A stretch of 64,000 bases of DNA from Halothiobacillaceae bacterium. GTDB lineage: Bacteria > Pseudomonadota > Gammaproteobacteria > Halothiobacillales > Halothiobacillaceae. Shown here piece after piece: positions 43,421 through 53,622 of the stretch; the first letter of the stretch is position 1; every line of letters begins with the position of its first letter. The position numbers were made by a program, and so were the translations under genes. Location: positions 31,174 through 95,173 of the forward strand of contig JBAYRD010000001.1 of NCBI GenBank assembly GCA_041676845.1, written 5' to 3'. The notes under the pieces are model-generated. The model searched no databases. It was not told the origin of the DNA and saw nothing but the letters and a program-made list of their open reading frames with translations.

Positions 43421-44966
43421 GTCGGCCACAGACCCGGTAGTCGAGCGGCTCTATGGCTGGTGGCATGGCTGGTGTGGCAGCCTGCTGGCTCTGTTGGCGG
43501 GGGCGACCCTGGTGCTGGCCTTCGCGCCCTTCATGTTCTGGCCGACGGCCATACTCGCCCCGGCGATCCTGTTTGCCCTGATCCGACACGGCTCACCTGG
43601 CCGGGCCTTCCGTCTGGGCTGGTGGTTTGGCTTGGGCCAGTTCGGCCTGGGGGTCAGCTGGGTCTACGAGAGTTTTACCCTGTTCGGCGGCATCATCGCG
43701 CCATTGGCCGTGTTGGCGACCGCTCTGTTTGTGGTGGCATTGGCCGTCTACCCAGCGGTCGCGAGCTGGCTTGCGGTGCGTGTCGCCGGCAATGCGGAAC
43801 GAAAAGGTGTTTGGGCGGCTGCGTTTGTCGCCAGCTGGGTGTTGGTCGAGGCCCTCAGGGCCTGGCTGTTCGGCGGATTCCCCTGGCTCAACCTAGGCAT
43901 CAGCCAGGTCGACGGGCCGCTGGTCGGCTGGCTGCCCATCCTGGGCGAGTACGGTATCTCCGCAATCCTGCTACTGATGGCGGTACTCAGCTGGTATCTG
44001 GCGCAGCAAGCCTGGCGCGAGCCGACGCGCTGGCGTCGCTGGTCGATTCCACTGATCGCACTCGTTGCCATTCCACTGCTCTCGTTGCCGCTACGCTCCA
44101 TCCCCTGGGGTATGCCGACCGGTCAGGCACTCAAGGTCGGTTTGGCTCAGGGTAACGTTCCCCAGATGCAGAAGTTCGACCCGGCATTCTTCCAGCGGAC
44201 CCTGTCGATCTACGCGGGTCTGACTGCCGAAATGCCCACGGTGGATCTGGTGGTCTGGCCGGAGACGGCTATTCCTCGCATCATCGACAACCTGCCTACC
44301 GTCCGTGCCGAGCTTGAACAGCTGGCCCGTGAGCGAGGTTTTTCCATGCTGCTGGGCACGTTCACTCGAGACGCGGCCGGGCGCTACTACAACAGTTTGA
44401 TCGGGGTGCCGATGATTATCGGCAGCTATCAGAAGCGCCATCTCGTCCCTTTCGGCGAGTACTTTCCCCTCCGCGGACTGGTCGAACGCATCCCTTCTTG
44501 GCTGTTCCAGGTGCCGATGTCGGACTTGAGCGCCGGCCGTGCCGATCAGGTGCCGTTGAAAATCGACCAACTGGCGATCGGTGCCTCAATCTGCTTCGAG
44601 GCCGACTTCTCGCGCGATATTCGTGACTCCCTGCCCGAGGCCGGGATGCTGGTCACGGTTTCCAACGACTCCTGGTTTGGTGACAGCTTTTCACCACACC
44701 AGCACCTGCAGATGGCTCGGGCTCGCGCGATTGAGTATCGGCGACCAATGATTCGAGCGACCAATACCGGCATCTCCGCGATAATTGATGCCTGGGGGCG
44801 GGTAGAAGAGATCTTGGGGACGGGACAGCGGGGAATTCTCGTCGCCGAAGTCGCGCCACGGCAGGGCGCCACTCCGCTGGTCCATCTTGGCGCCTGGCCG
44901 ATACTGTCGCTGATGATCGCTGCGCTGGGGCTGGTCGGATTCCTTGCGCGGCGACGCGCCGTCTAA
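43395..44966 (+). CDS. lnt: Apolipoprotein N-acyltransferase
   Basis: WPET, K..LVPFGEY, ICFE and RATNTG motifs. Confidence 0.96.
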   Translation: MIPPASPAESATDPVVERLYGWWHGWCGSLLALLAGATLVLAFAPFMFWPTAILAPAILFALIRHGSPGRAFRLGWWFGLGQFGLGVSWVYESFTLFGGIIAPLAVLATALFVVALAVYPAVASWLAVRVAGNAERKGVWAAAFVASWVLVEALRAWLFGGFPWLNLGISQVDGPLVGWLPILGEYGISAILLLMAVLSWYLAQQAWREPTRWRRWSIPLIALVAIPLLSLPLRSIPWGMPTGQALKVGLAQGNVPQMQKFDPAFFQRTLSIYAGLTAEMPTVDLVVWPETAIPRIIDNLPTVRAELEQLARERGFSMLLGTFTRDAAGRYYNSLIGVPMIIGSYQKRHLVPFGEYFPLRGLVERIPSWLFQVPMSDLSAGRADQVPLKIDQLAIGASICFEADFSRDIRDSLPEAGMLVTVSNDSWFGDSFSPHQHLQMARARAIEYRRPMIRATNTGISAIIDAWGRVEEILGTGQRGILVAEVAPRQGATPLVHLGAWPILSLMIAALGLVGFLARRRAV

Positions 44967-45033
44967 GAAGGCCCGGCATGCCCGTCCACTTCTGGATGAG
45001 AAACACAGCCCAAATATTTCTTTGTTGCAACGA

Positions 45034-45060
45034 AAAATCCCGCCTGAGAAGGCGGGATTT
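45034..45060. terminator. Terminator between convergent lnt and tRNA-Met
   Basis: AAATCCCGCCT/AGGCGGGATTT stem with A/T tracts. Confidence 0.8.
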
Positions 45061-45087
45061 CTGCTGCCGCCGGGGCGGTCTTGGTAC

Positions 45088-45164
45088 TGGTGGCTATGGG
45101 TGGATTCGAACCACCGACTCCGGCATTATGAGTGTCGTGCTCTAACCAGCTGAGCTACATAGCC
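45088..45164 (-). tRNA. tRNA-Met(CAT), elongator
   Basis: GGCTATGTAGCTCAG...CTCATAA...GTTCGAATCC...ATAGCCACCA cloverleaf. Confidence 0.95.
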
Positions 45165-45234
45165 AAGCAAGGCGCGCATTATCGGGATTACCCATCGGGT
45201 TGTCAACCCAGTCGGCGCGCCCTTTCAGGTCGAT

Positions 45235-46332
45235 TCACACGTTGAAACGGAAGTGCACCACGTCGCCTTCCTGCATGATGTAATCCTTGCCCTCCAGACG
45301 CCATTTCCCGGCATCCTTGGCTCCCTGTTCACCGTTGCAGGCGATGAAGTCCTCGTAAGCGACTACCTCGGCACGGATAAAGCCTTTCTCGAAGTCTGTA
45401 TGGATCACACCAGCGGCCTGTGGAGCGGTCATGCCGCGCTTGATGGTCCAGGCGCGCACTTCCTTCACACCAGCGGTGAAGTAGGTCTGCAGGTCAAGCA
45501 GGTCGTAACCGGCGCGGATGACGCGATCGAGCCCAGGCTCCTCAAGCCCCATTTCTTCAAGGAACATCGCCTTGTCCTCGCCTTCGAGATCGATCAGTTC
45601 GGCCTCGATGGTCGCGCAGACCGGGATAACCAGGGCACCTTCCTGTGCGCCGATCGCGCGGACTTGGTCCAGCAGCGGGTTGTTCTCGAAGCCATCCTCG
45701 TCGACGTTGGCGATGAACATCAGCGGCTTGGCGGTCAGCAAATGCAGATCGTGGAGTAGGGCGAGCTGCTCGGGTGCGAGCTTCATGCTGCGCACGGACT
45801 GTCCCTGATCAAGGACCTCGGCGACCTGTTTGACCAGCTCGAGCGTATTGGCTGCGTCCTTGTTCTGCCCGGACTTGGCCAGTCTGCCGAGCCGTTCGAT
45901 TGCCCTTTGTACCGTGTCGAGGTCGGCCAGTGCCAGCTCGGTGTTGATCACCTCGATGTCGGCGGCCGGATCGACTTTGCCGGCCACGTGGATGACATCA
46001 TCATCGCTGAAACAGCGCACCACCTGCGCAATGGCGTCGGTCTCGCGAATGTTGGCGAGAAACTGGTTGCCGAGTCCTTCACCTTTGGAGGCACCGGCGA
46101 CGAGACCGGCAATGTCGACGAACTCCATGCTGGTGGGGATCACGCGTTCTGTGGGCTGGACGATTTCGGCCAGCTTGTCGAGCCGCGGATCCGGCACGGC
46201 GACTACGCCGACGTTCGGCTCGATGGTGCAGAACGGGTAGTTCGCCGCCTGGATGCCGGCCTTGGTCAGCGCATTGAACAGGGTGGATTTACCGACGTTC
46301 GGCAGGCCCACAATGCCACAGTTGAAACCCAT
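45235..46332 (-). CDS. ychF: Redox-regulated ATPase YchF
   Basis: [16 protein letters not shown] and DIAGLV motifs. Confidence 0.98.
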   Translation of the reverse strand: MGFNCGIVGLPNVGKSTLFNALTKAGIQAANYPFCTIEPNVGVVAVPDPRLDKLAEIVQPTERVIPTSMEFVDIAGLVAGASKGEGLGNQFLANIRETDAIAQVVRCFSDDDVIHVAGKVDPAADIEVINTELALADLDTVQRAIERLGRLAKSGQNKDAANTLELVKQVAEVLDQGQSVRSMKLAPEQLALLHDLHLLTAKPLMFIANVDEDGFENNPLLDQVRAIGAQEGALVIPVCATIEAELIDLEGEDKAMFLEEMGLEEPGLDRVIRAGYDLLDLQTYFTAGVKEVRAWTIKRGMTAPQAAGVIHTDFEKGFIRAEVVAYEDFIACNGEQGAKDAGKWRLEGKDYIMQEGDVVHFRFNV

Positions 46333-46405
46333 AGAAACTCCGTGATTTTGGTTGCTGAGCGCGGCCGGGCAGGGCGACCGCGTGTCGATTTGGCGACCCG
46401 TCGCC

Positions 46406-46990
46406 TTAGGCGCTAGGTCGGTAGCTGTTGATCGTCTGCCTCAGGGCGGGCTGATCAGCATGAACGAGCTCCGCGGCCAGATGGCGGATCTCGATCACGA
46501 CATCCTCGATCAGGCGTCGATCATCCTTTGGTGGGCTGGTCAGTACATAGCTGACCACGGCATCGCGATGTCCCGGGTGGCCGATACCGATCCGCAGCCG
46601 CCAGAAATCGGCACTCCCGAGGGCAGCCTGCACATCTTTCAAGCCATTGTGTCCACCGTGCCCACCGCCACACTTGAGGCGCATGCGCCCCGGTGGCAGA
46701 TCCAGCTCGTCGTGAATGACGAGGATTTCCTCGGGCGTGATCTTGAAGAACTGGGCCAGCGGGCCGACCGCCTGGCCAGAACGGTTCATGAAGGTGTTGG
46801 GGCGCAACAAGCGCAGGTCGACACCATCAACCATGAGGCGTGCCATCGATCCTTTGAACTTGCGTTCCTCGGCCCAATGCCCCCCTAGGGTGTCAGCGAT
46901 CGCATCCACCGCCCAGAACCCCGCATTGTGCCGGGTCGCGTCGTACTTCGGCCCGGGGTTGCCCAGGCCCACAATCAACTTGATACTCAT
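46406..46990 (-). CDS. pth: Peptidyl-tRNA hydrolase
   Basis: GLGNPG, TRHNAG and GGHNGL motifs. Confidence 0.97.
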   Translation of the reverse strand: MSIKLIVGLGNPGPKYDATRHNAGFWAVDAIADTLGGHWAEERKFKGSMARLMVDGVDLRLLRPNTFMNRSGQAVGPLAQFFKITPEEILVIHDELDLPPGRMRLKCGGGHGGHNGLKDVQAALGSADFWRLRIGIGHPGHRDAVVSYVLTSPPKDDRRLIEDVVIEIRHLAAELVHADQPALRQTINSYRPSA

Positions 46991-47042
46991 GGCGGCGGAT
47001 TATCGCATAAGCCTGGTTGATATCAGCGCGGGCCTCAACGAA

Positions 47043-47070
47043 AAGACCCCGATCTTGCGATCGGGGTCTT
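47043..47070 (-). terminator. Terminator after rplY
   Basis: 12-bp perfect stem AAGACCCCGATC/GATCGGGGTCTT with T tract. Confidence 0.85.
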
Positions 47071-47099
47071 CAGTCAGGCGAAGCGCAAACAGGACGGAC

Positions 47100-47765
47100 T
47101 CAGGACTCTTCTGCATCCTGCTGGTCAGTTGGCTCCTCATCGGAGACAACTCCCTCATCCTCGACCGGCTCTTCTTCCTCCACTCGGGGTGGGTGATAAG
47201 CGACTATTGCGACGTCATATTCTTCACCCAGCTCCAACTCTGGAATGGTGACGCCTTCGGGCAAGGTAACCTCGCTCAGACGGATTGTCTCATTGAGGTC
47301 CAGGTCGATGACATCAACCGTCAGGTGATCGGGAAGATGACGCGGCAGGCTCTCGATTTCCACTTCCGTGTAGATCGCATTGAAGATACCGCCGGCCTTG
47401 GCGCCTTTGCTCTCGTCACGATTCTCGAAGAGGAAGGGCACATGCATGCGCATCAACTGACCACGGGTAATCCGTTGAAAGTCGGCGTGCAGCACAATCG
47501 TCTCTTTGTACGGATGGCGGTGCAGGTCACGCAGGATCACTTCGTCGGTCTGGTCGCCGACGTTCAGATCGATGATCTGCGTGAAGAATCTGTCGTCGTC
47601 GAGCCTCTTGAGCAGCTCGTTGTGGTTGATGGTCAGCGAGACAGGCGGTTTGTTGTCGCCGTAGACGATAGCCGGGATTTTCCCTTCGCGACGCAGGCGG
47701 CGGCTCGCACCTTTCCCCAGGTCATCGCGAACGGACGCTTCAATCTTGTATGTTTCTTGAGACAT
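47100..47765 (-). CDS. rplY: 50S ribosomal protein L25/Ctc
   Basis: GKGASRRLRR...PAIVYG, HADF and acidic tail; start trimmed to 47765. Confidence 0.97.
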   Translation of the reverse strand: MSQETYKIEASVRDDLGKGASRRLRREGKIPAIVYGDNKPPVSLTINHNELLKRLDDDRFFTQIIDLNVGDQTDEVILRDLHRHPYKETIVLHADFQRITRGQLMRMHVPFLFENRDESKGAKAGGIFNAIYTEVEIESLPRHLPDHLTVDVIDLDLNETIRLSEVTLPEGVTIPELELGEEYDVAIVAYHPPRVEEEEPVEDEGVVSDEEPTDQQDAEES

Positions 47766-47835
47766 GATCGGGTCCACTCCAGAAATGAAAACCGCCGGGC
47801 GACGACTCGGCCGACCCGGCGTGTGATGAGCGACC

Positions 47836-47855
47836 GTGGCCCGCGACCAGGCCAC
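47836..47855 (-). promoter_or_regulatory. Candidate L25 autoregulatory leader hairpin
   Basis: GTGGCC-TGGTCGCG-GGCCAC hairpin in the prs-rplY spacer; the GGTCGC loop recalls gammaproteobacterial rplY leaders. Confidence 0.45.
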
Positions 47856-47937
47856 AACCGCCGCGCGCCACTTGGATGTCCAAGTGGCGCGCGCAGTATA
47901 CAGGAATTATGTCGTGGCCGGAAGGGCGGGCCGAGGT

Positions 47938-48897
47938 TTATTCATCGTTGTAGAGTGAGCTGACCGATTCGTCGGTGTGTATCCGGCGGATGGTTTCGGC
48001 CAGCATGCCAGCCACCGACAGTACACGGATATGTTTGCAGGATTCAGCTTCCGGCTTGAGCGGTACCGTGTCGGTGACCACCAGCTCATCGAGCGCAGAG
48101 GCCTCAATATTCGCGATCGCATCCCCCGACAGGATGGCGTGAGTCGAATAGGCCACCACTTTGAGCGCGCCTTGTTTTTTCAGGGCATCGGCCGCCAGAC
48201 AGAGTGTGCCGGCGGTATCAACCATATCGTCGACCAGCACACAGGTCTTGCCCTTTACTTCGCCGATCAGGTGCATCACTTGCGAGACGTTGGCCCGCGG
48301 ACGGCGTTTGTCGATGATGGCGAGGTCGGCATCGTCGAGCCGCTTGGCCACGGCGCGGGCCCGTACCACGCCGCCAACGTCGGGCGAGACGACGATCAGA
48401 TCGTCGTATTTCTGCCGCCAGATGTCGCCTAGCAGGATCGGTGAGGCGTAGACGTTATCAACGGGGATGTCGAAGAATCCCTGGATCTGATCGGCGTGCA
48501 AATCAACCGTGAGGATCCGGTCGACGCCGCTGCTTTGCAGGATGTTGGCGACGACTTTGGCGCTGATCGGTACACGAGATGAGCGGACACGGCGGTCCTG
48601 ACGGGAATAGCCGAAGTAGGGGATGACTGCGGTGATGCGATGAGCCGAAGCCCTACGTAGGGCATCGGTCATCAGGATGAGTTCCATGACGTGCTCGTTC
48701 GTCGGATCACAGGTGGGCTGGATCACGAAGACGTCACGACCACGGACGTTTTCCAGGATCTCGATGGCGGATTCGCCATCCGAGAAATGCGTGACCGATG
48801 CTTGCCCTAGTTGGGTATCCAAGCTGTCCGCAACTCGTTCGGCCAGTGGCCTGTTCGCGTTGCCCGTGAATACCATCAAGGAACGTGATAGTGACAT
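47938..48897 (-). CDS. prs: Ribose-phosphate pyrophosphokinase
   Basis: [15 protein letters not shown] and [10 protein letters not shown] motifs. Confidence 0.98.
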   Translation of the reverse strand: MSLSRSLMVFTGNANRPLAERVADSLDTQLGQASVTHFSDGESAIEILENVRGRDVFVIQPTCDPTNEHVMELILMTDALRRASAHRITAVIPYFGYSRQDRRVRSSRVPISAKVVANILQSSGVDRILTVDLHADQIQGFFDIPVDNVYASPILLGDIWRQKYDDLIVVSPDVGGVVRARAVAKRLDDADLAIIDKRRPRANVSQVMHLIGEVKGKTCVLVDDMVDTAGTLCLAADALKKQGALKVVAYSTHAILSGDAIANIEASALDELVVTDTVPLKPEAESCKHIRVLSVAGMLAETIRRIHTDESVSSLYNDE

Positions 48898-48914
48898 CGG
48901 TCTCGTCGGTTTTT

Positions 48915-48991
48915 TGGCTGGGCCGGCAGGAGTCGAACCTGCGAATGCCGGAATCAAAATCCGGTGCCTTAACCAGCTTGGCGACGGCCCA
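48915..48991 (-). tRNA. tRNA-Gln(TTG)
   Basis: TGGGCCGTCGCCAAGC...CCGGATTTTGATTCCGG...GGCCCAGCCA; conserved ispE-prs position. Confidence 0.96.
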
Positions 48992-49091
48992 TTCGAAAGA
49001 GGTGCGCATCATAACCAAGGAAGTGGCCTTTGCCAAGCCCTGAGCGCTTTTTGTCAGGAGTTTGAGTGAAATGCCTGCTAACTAATTGATT

Positions 49092-49994
49092 TTAGATTCG
49101 CTTCGCCCCAGCAACTATAAAGCGGCGCAACACTGGGTGGCCCTCGGACAGCTTCTTGCCAATTCGAACGCCGCGTTCCGGCGAGTCCACCGGGGCGAAA
49201 AGGCAGGCGCCGGCGCCGGTCAGGCGCGCAAAGCCCGCCAGAGCTGACAAGTCTTGATGCAGCGCACGCAGCGCTGGATCGTCGGCCAGAACGACTGACT
49301 CGAACGCATTGAAGCTGTCTTCCTGCCACCGTTCACGCAGGAGCTGGTCGGGCTGTTTTTCCGCGTCGCGCTCCAGATTGGGGGAGGCGAACAGACTGGC
49401 GGTAGAGATGATTCGGTCTGGGACGAGTATTAGAAAGGCGGGTGGCACGTCGGCAAGCGGCCCGGGTAGCAGTTTCTCACCGATGCCATGGGCCATTGCG
49501 CTTTTCCCGTACAGGAAGACCGGTACGTCGGCTCCCAGCAGTTTGCCAAGTGCTGCCAGTTCGTCGACCGAGAACCCGAGCTGCCATTGCCGGTTCAGCT
49601 CGAGCAGCACCTGTGCTGCGGCGGCGGAACCGCCGCCGAGGCCGCCGCCGACTGGAACGTGTTTACGAAGCGTGATCCGGGCCGAGCAGACCGTATCGGA
49701 CAGGCAAAATCCGCGGTGTTGCGCCTCGTCGCGTAGCAGCTGGGCTGCACGATAAAGGAGGTCATCTTCCGGCTGTGTCGGTCGGCCGCGCAGGTCTTCG
49801 TCGCCAGCAATCCACTCGACATGAATCACTCCACTGTTGTCGCCGGTTTCGATGCGCAGCTCGTCCCCATAATCGAGCAGCTGAAAATAGGTCTGCAGCT
49901 CGTGATAACCGTCATTGCGACGCCCGTTGATATGGAGGAACAGATTGAGCTTGCAGCCCGCCTGGAGCCATTCAGTGGTTTGGGGGCCGGTCAT
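49092..49994 (-). CDS. ispE: 4-diphosphocytidyl-2-C-methyl-D-erythritol kinase
   Basis: KLNLFLHI, PVGGGLGGGS and GADVP motifs. Confidence 0.96.
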   Translation of the reverse strand: MTGPQTTEWLQAGCKLNLFLHINGRRNDGYHELQTYFQLLDYGDELRIETGDNSGVIHVEWIAGDEDLRGRPTQPEDDLLYRAAQLLRDEAQHRGFCLSDTVCSARITLRKHVPVGGGLGGGSAAAAQVLLELNRQWQLGFSVDELAALGKLLGADVPVFLYGKSAMAHGIGEKLLPGPLADVPPAFLILVPDRIISTASLFASPNLERDAEKQPDQLLRERWQEDSFNAFESVVLADDPALRALHQDLSALAGFARLTGAGACLFAPVDSPERGVRIGKKLSEGHPVLRRFIVAGAKRI

Positions 49995-50668
49995 GGGGCG
50001 GTGCCGCCGAGATTCCAGTCATCAACGATCAGCCGGATGCGCGTCTCGCCACGACGGAGTTCAATAAAATGAGGCAGGCTCAAACCAGTGCTCTCGGTCG
50101 CATACCGTGCGTAATTCAACTCCCATCCCGCCTCGGACAGTCGCAACAGACGGCCTGTCTGATCGAGTTGGAAGCTGTCTGCGGGCCTGTGGGCAAGGGG
50201 AGTCTTGGGCAGGCCGAGTAGCCAATGGGGCAGGGCGGCGAGGGGGATGGGCCAGCCGATCTGTTGTTCGAGCAGCTCGGCTGGGGTGTCGGTCAGGCGT
50301 CGATTGCCTTTTCCATCGGTAATCAGCATGTGATCCGGCGTGCCAGTCATCGCCAGCCGACCGGTATCAAAGGGACCACGCATGGTCAGGGCAGTCACAT
50401 CGCCGACCTGCATCCATTCGAGGCGCACGCTACCGCCCGTGGTCCCCGACTTGATGGCGGCTCGGCCATCAAAGGCCCAGTCGGTCAGCATTTTCAATCG
50501 GCTACTGTGGTCTTCCCAGGCAGCGAGCTGGGCGGGGCTGGCTGGCTCCGGGCCGGGCGCCAGCGAAGCACAACCACCGAGGGTCAGGGCCAGGAAAACC
50601 GAAGCCAGGAGGGTGAGGACAGTGGGTATCGCCTGGGCATGAAGTCGAGTGCGAAACAATGAGGGCAT
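49991..50668 (-). CDS. lolB: Outer-membrane lipoprotein receptor LolB
   Basis: Lipobox LGGC, GWPIP...L..WL.G motif; synteny. Confidence 0.9.
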   Translation of the reverse strand: MPSLFRTRLHAQAIPTVLTLLASVFLALTLGGCASLAPGPEPASPAQLAAWEDHSSRLKMLTDWAFDGRAAIKSGTTGGSVRLEWMQVGDVTALTMRGPFDTGRLAMTGTPDHMLITDGKGNRRLTDTPAELLEQQIGWPIPLAALPHWLLGLPKTPLAHRPADSFQLDQTGRLLRLSEAGWELNYARYATESTGLSLPHFIELRRGETRIRLIVDDWNLGGTAP

Positions 50669-50698
50669 AAGGCAGGGCCGAGCGGGGAGGCGGTTGTG

Positions 50699-52477
50699 TC
50701 AGGGATGGCCGTTTGCTGGCAGCAGTTCCGGGGCGAGGCGATCCAGTGTGTCGATCAGCGTTTGATCGGTCGCATCGATTTCCAGGGCATGTAGCCAGGT
50801 TTCCATGGCGCGGTCGTGTTGGCCGTTGGCCCAGAACGCCTCGCCCAGATGTGCGCCGACTTCAGCGTTGGGCATCTGCTGAAAGGCAGTTTCCAGGGCC
50901 TGGATCGCCTGCGTGAATTTGCCCTGTCGGTATCTGAGCCATCCAAGGCTGTCGAGATACGCCGAGTTGTTCGGGGAGATATGCAGTGCGCGGAGGATCA
51001 GGTCTTCGGCCTCCTCGAGTTGGCGGTTCTCGTCGGCCAGCGTGTAGCCCAAGGCGTTGAGGGCCGCTGCGTGGTCCGGCTCGCGGGCGATGATCTCTCG
51101 CAAGACGGTCATCGCCGCCTGGGAGCGGTCGAGTGCGAACAGGCTCATCGCCTTTTGCAAACGAAAATCGTTGGTTTCCGGCCACGTCTCGATAGCCTGG
51201 TCGGCGATCTCCAGGCTATCGTCGAAACGGCCGGATTCAGCCAGGGTCGAGGCGAGAGCCAGTGTCAGCTGTTGGCGATCAGCCTCGTCGATACCCTCCG
51301 CAAATCGGGCCAGCTCAAGGCCGTTCGCGGCATCCTCGGGGCGCCCGAGCTCCATCCGTGCGGCGGCGAGAAGCACTTGGGCGTTGGCAAAATGCTCGCT
51401 GCGGGTGCTGACCTGAGAGAATGCGTTTTCCGCCGCGATCAGCTCCCCGTCTTGCAAGGCAACCCGTCCTCGGATCAACAGCACTACGTCCATCTGGCCC
51501 GGCATGGCTTCCAGCTGCCGCAGGGCCCGCTGTGCGAGGGTGGGGCGTTCGAGTTGGTAACCGAACAACGCCAGATTGCGCAGCAGCTTGGGGTCTGACG
51601 GCTTGTTGGCGAGAGTGCGCTCCAGAAGGGCTGCCGCCGCTTCCAGTTGCCCGGCCGCAATGCGTGCCTCGATCAGACCGCTGATGTAGCGACCTTCGTT
51701 GGGAAAGCGAGCATAGGCCTTTTCCAGGACCCCGAGGACGTGTTTGATGTCGCCACGATGATTCGCAATAACCATTGCCAAGTCGTATGGCGCGGTCTCG
51801 TCCGGGCGCAGCGACATGGCCCGTTCGGCTGCCCGTTGTGCCAGCTCCATTTCCTTGAACGATAGCGCCAGCTTGGCCACGACCGTCTGCGCGTAATACT
51901 GCTGGGGAAACCGTTCGGCCAGATGATGTGTGTAGGCGACGGCACGGTCACGCGCGAGGCTATTCTGCAGGTACTGGCCGGTTTCGTTGAAGATCTGTTC
52001 GACATTGCCCGAGTCCGCTTCCAGCCATTGGTTCAGTGCGAGATCGGCCTCATCAGTCTGGCCGAGCTCGAGCGAAGCAATCATCATCACGGCTGCTGCG
52101 CGGGCATTGCCGGGATCGGCTTCACGCAGACGATCGGCAAGTTGCTGGGCGAGATCGAATCGTTCGGCAAAAATCGCCGCCTGGATGGCCCGTTCGAGCA
52201 CGGCGACGTTGTCACTTTCCAGGGCGACCTGCGCGTAATGATCAGCCGCCTGGTCATATTGCTTGTCTCGACCATAGAGCTCGCCTGCCAGGATGTGAAA
52301 GATCGAGCCATCCGATCCACTCAGGCGCCCCCCATCGACTTCCATCTGTGTGTTGGCATTGTTGTCGGCATGACCATTGCCGTGGGGCGACCCGGCCGTC
52401 CCGCTGACGGCGCAACCGGACAGCACCAAGGCAAGTGTTATTCCGAACATCAGAGCGGCAGAGGAGATCGGTCGCAT
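50699..52477 (-). CDS. TPR-repeat lipoprotein
   Basis: Lipobox LSGC, ALNALGYTLAD and YLDSLGW TPR motifs; conserved upstream of lolB. Confidence 0.9.
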   Translation of the reverse strand: MRPISSAALMFGITLALVLSGCAVSGTAGSPHGNGHADNNANTQMEVDGGRLSGSDGSIFHILAGELYGRDKQYDQAADHYAQVALESDNVAVLERAIQAAIFAERFDLAQQLADRLREADPGNARAAAVMMIASLELGQTDEADLALNQWLEADSGNVEQIFNETGQYLQNSLARDRAVAYTHHLAERFPQQYYAQTVVAKLALSFKEMELAQRAAERAMSLRPDETAPYDLAMVIANHRGDIKHVLGVLEKAYARFPNEGRYISGLIEARIAAGQLEAAAALLERTLANKPSDPKLLRNLALFGYQLERPTLAQRALRQLEAMPGQMDVVLLIRGRVALQDGELIAAENAFSQVSTRSEHFANAQVLLAAARMELGRPEDAANGLELARFAEGIDEADRQQLTLALASTLAESGRFDDSLEIADQAIETWPETNDFRLQKAMSLFALDRSQAAMTVLREIIAREPDHAAALNALGYTLADENRQLEEAEDLILRALHISPNNSAYLDSLGWLRYRQGKFTQAIQALETAFQQMPNAEVGAHLGEAFWANGQHDRAMETWLHALEIDATDQTLIDTLDRLAPELLPANGHP

Positions 52478-52654
52478 GGCGGACTCAGGGGGAACGATGG
52501 ATTTTCGGTGTGGTGACCACTGGTGGGCACTCACGGATCGACTGACCCATTGTAATGCATGAACCCGTGGGAGGCTTATGCAGAAATGCTGGAGGCCTCA
52601 AGTAGAGCAACACCGGACGACAACACTGACGCTACTCGATCAAGGCCTGGTATC

Positions 52655-52682
52655 ACTTCGCGGAATATATATTATGTTAAAT
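52655..52682 (+). other. dif: dif-like XerC/XerD recombination site
   Basis: ACTTCGCGGAA-TATATA-TTATGTTAAAT: 11-6-11 layout, XerD arm identical to E. coli dif, XerC arm with GG in place of AT. Confidence 0.75.
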
Positions 52683-53231
52683 GCAGTCGATGTCTTCATA
52701 TTGACGGCTCCACCGCACGCGGCAAGCCAAGGCTGCCCGCTCCGGATGATGTGTTGGCAGTAGCCGAGCCAAATCATGGATACCAGTGGAAGGATCCGTG
52801 GGGCTTCGAGTGTACCTCTTGAGCACCTGACGGTTAGCCAGCTCGACATGTGCTTGCAGCTCCCGGCCCCAGAGTCGATCCTAGAGTCGATGTCGAGTCC
52901 CGTCGGCACGGTGCGGCCATCCATCACGCTTCCCACAGATGCGGATCGCCCGGATGATCATTAAGCTGGGTGCACATAAACGTGAGTGGCTGAGCGGTCC
53001 GGTCGAGCACTGGCCAGTCGCTACGTGAAACCGGCGGATCAGCAAGTCCAGTCCGACGAACATTTCGAGGGTCGCACGGCATTGCCGTACCCGTCATTAC
53101 CCGCCGGTGTTCGATCAGCCGTGGACGCGAACCGCGATTTGACGGGCGTTCCCCGCTTACAACCACCCACTGGTTCAATCCGGCACCAGCCCATTTTCAC
53201 GAGGTGTTTCGGTATTATTTTGTTTTCGAGG

Positions 53232-53260
53232 TTGACAGTTCGCCTCTGGATTCATAATAT
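53232..53260 (+). promoter_or_regulatory. Sigma70 promoter of tRNA-Leu
   Basis: TTGACA-17 bp-TAATAT followed by GC-rich discriminator GCGCGCC. Confidence 0.75.
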
Positions 53261-53270
53261 GCGCGCCATT

Positions 53271-53355
53271 GCCCAGGTGGCGGAACTGGTAGACGCGCTA
53301 GTTTCAGGTACTAGTGGAGAGATCCGTGGAGGTTCAAGTCCTCTCCTGGGCACCA
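53271..53355 (+). tRNA. tRNA-Leu(CAG)
   Basis: GCCCAGGTGGCGGAA...CTAGT-TTCAGGT-ACTAG, long variable arm, CTGGGCACCA. Confidence 0.96.
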
Positions 53356-53436
53356 ATCAATGCAGTAAAATCAGTGGGTTACAAGGGGGTTGGTGCAAAT
53401 TTTGTGCCTCCCCCTTATAAAAAACACCACTCACAG

Positions 53437-53471
53437 AACCCCGGTCCGGCTAACTGCCTGCCGGGGTTTTT
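53437..53471 (+). terminator. Terminator after tRNA-Leu
   Basis: AACCCCGG/CCGGGGTT stem with T tract. Confidence 0.65.
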
Positions 53472-53588
53472 CGATCATAGGGGGACGGTCGTCTCTTTTT
53501 TGGCACGCCCTGCTGCCGGCACCATACTGCTTCCGGTCCCGGACTTACACGCAGCTTAAGCGCTAAGGAATATTTCGCCATAAGAAAA

Positions 53589-53622
53589 CCCTGTCAGTTG
53601 GATTGGTGTCCAACTGACAGGG
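53589..53622. repeat. 14-bp perfect inverted repeat downstream of fimV
   Basis: CCCTGTCAGTTGGA-TTGGTG-TCCAACTGACAGGG. Confidence 0.8.

Noticed and set aside
52559-52822. 87-aa ORF across the dif-like site
   Set aside because: No RBS or recognisable motif; it overlaps a better-explained DNA site.
53168-53188. GGTTCAATCC...CACCA as a tRNA 3' fragment (att repeat)
   Set aside because: Does not match the adjacent tRNA-Leu 3' end or form a T stem.
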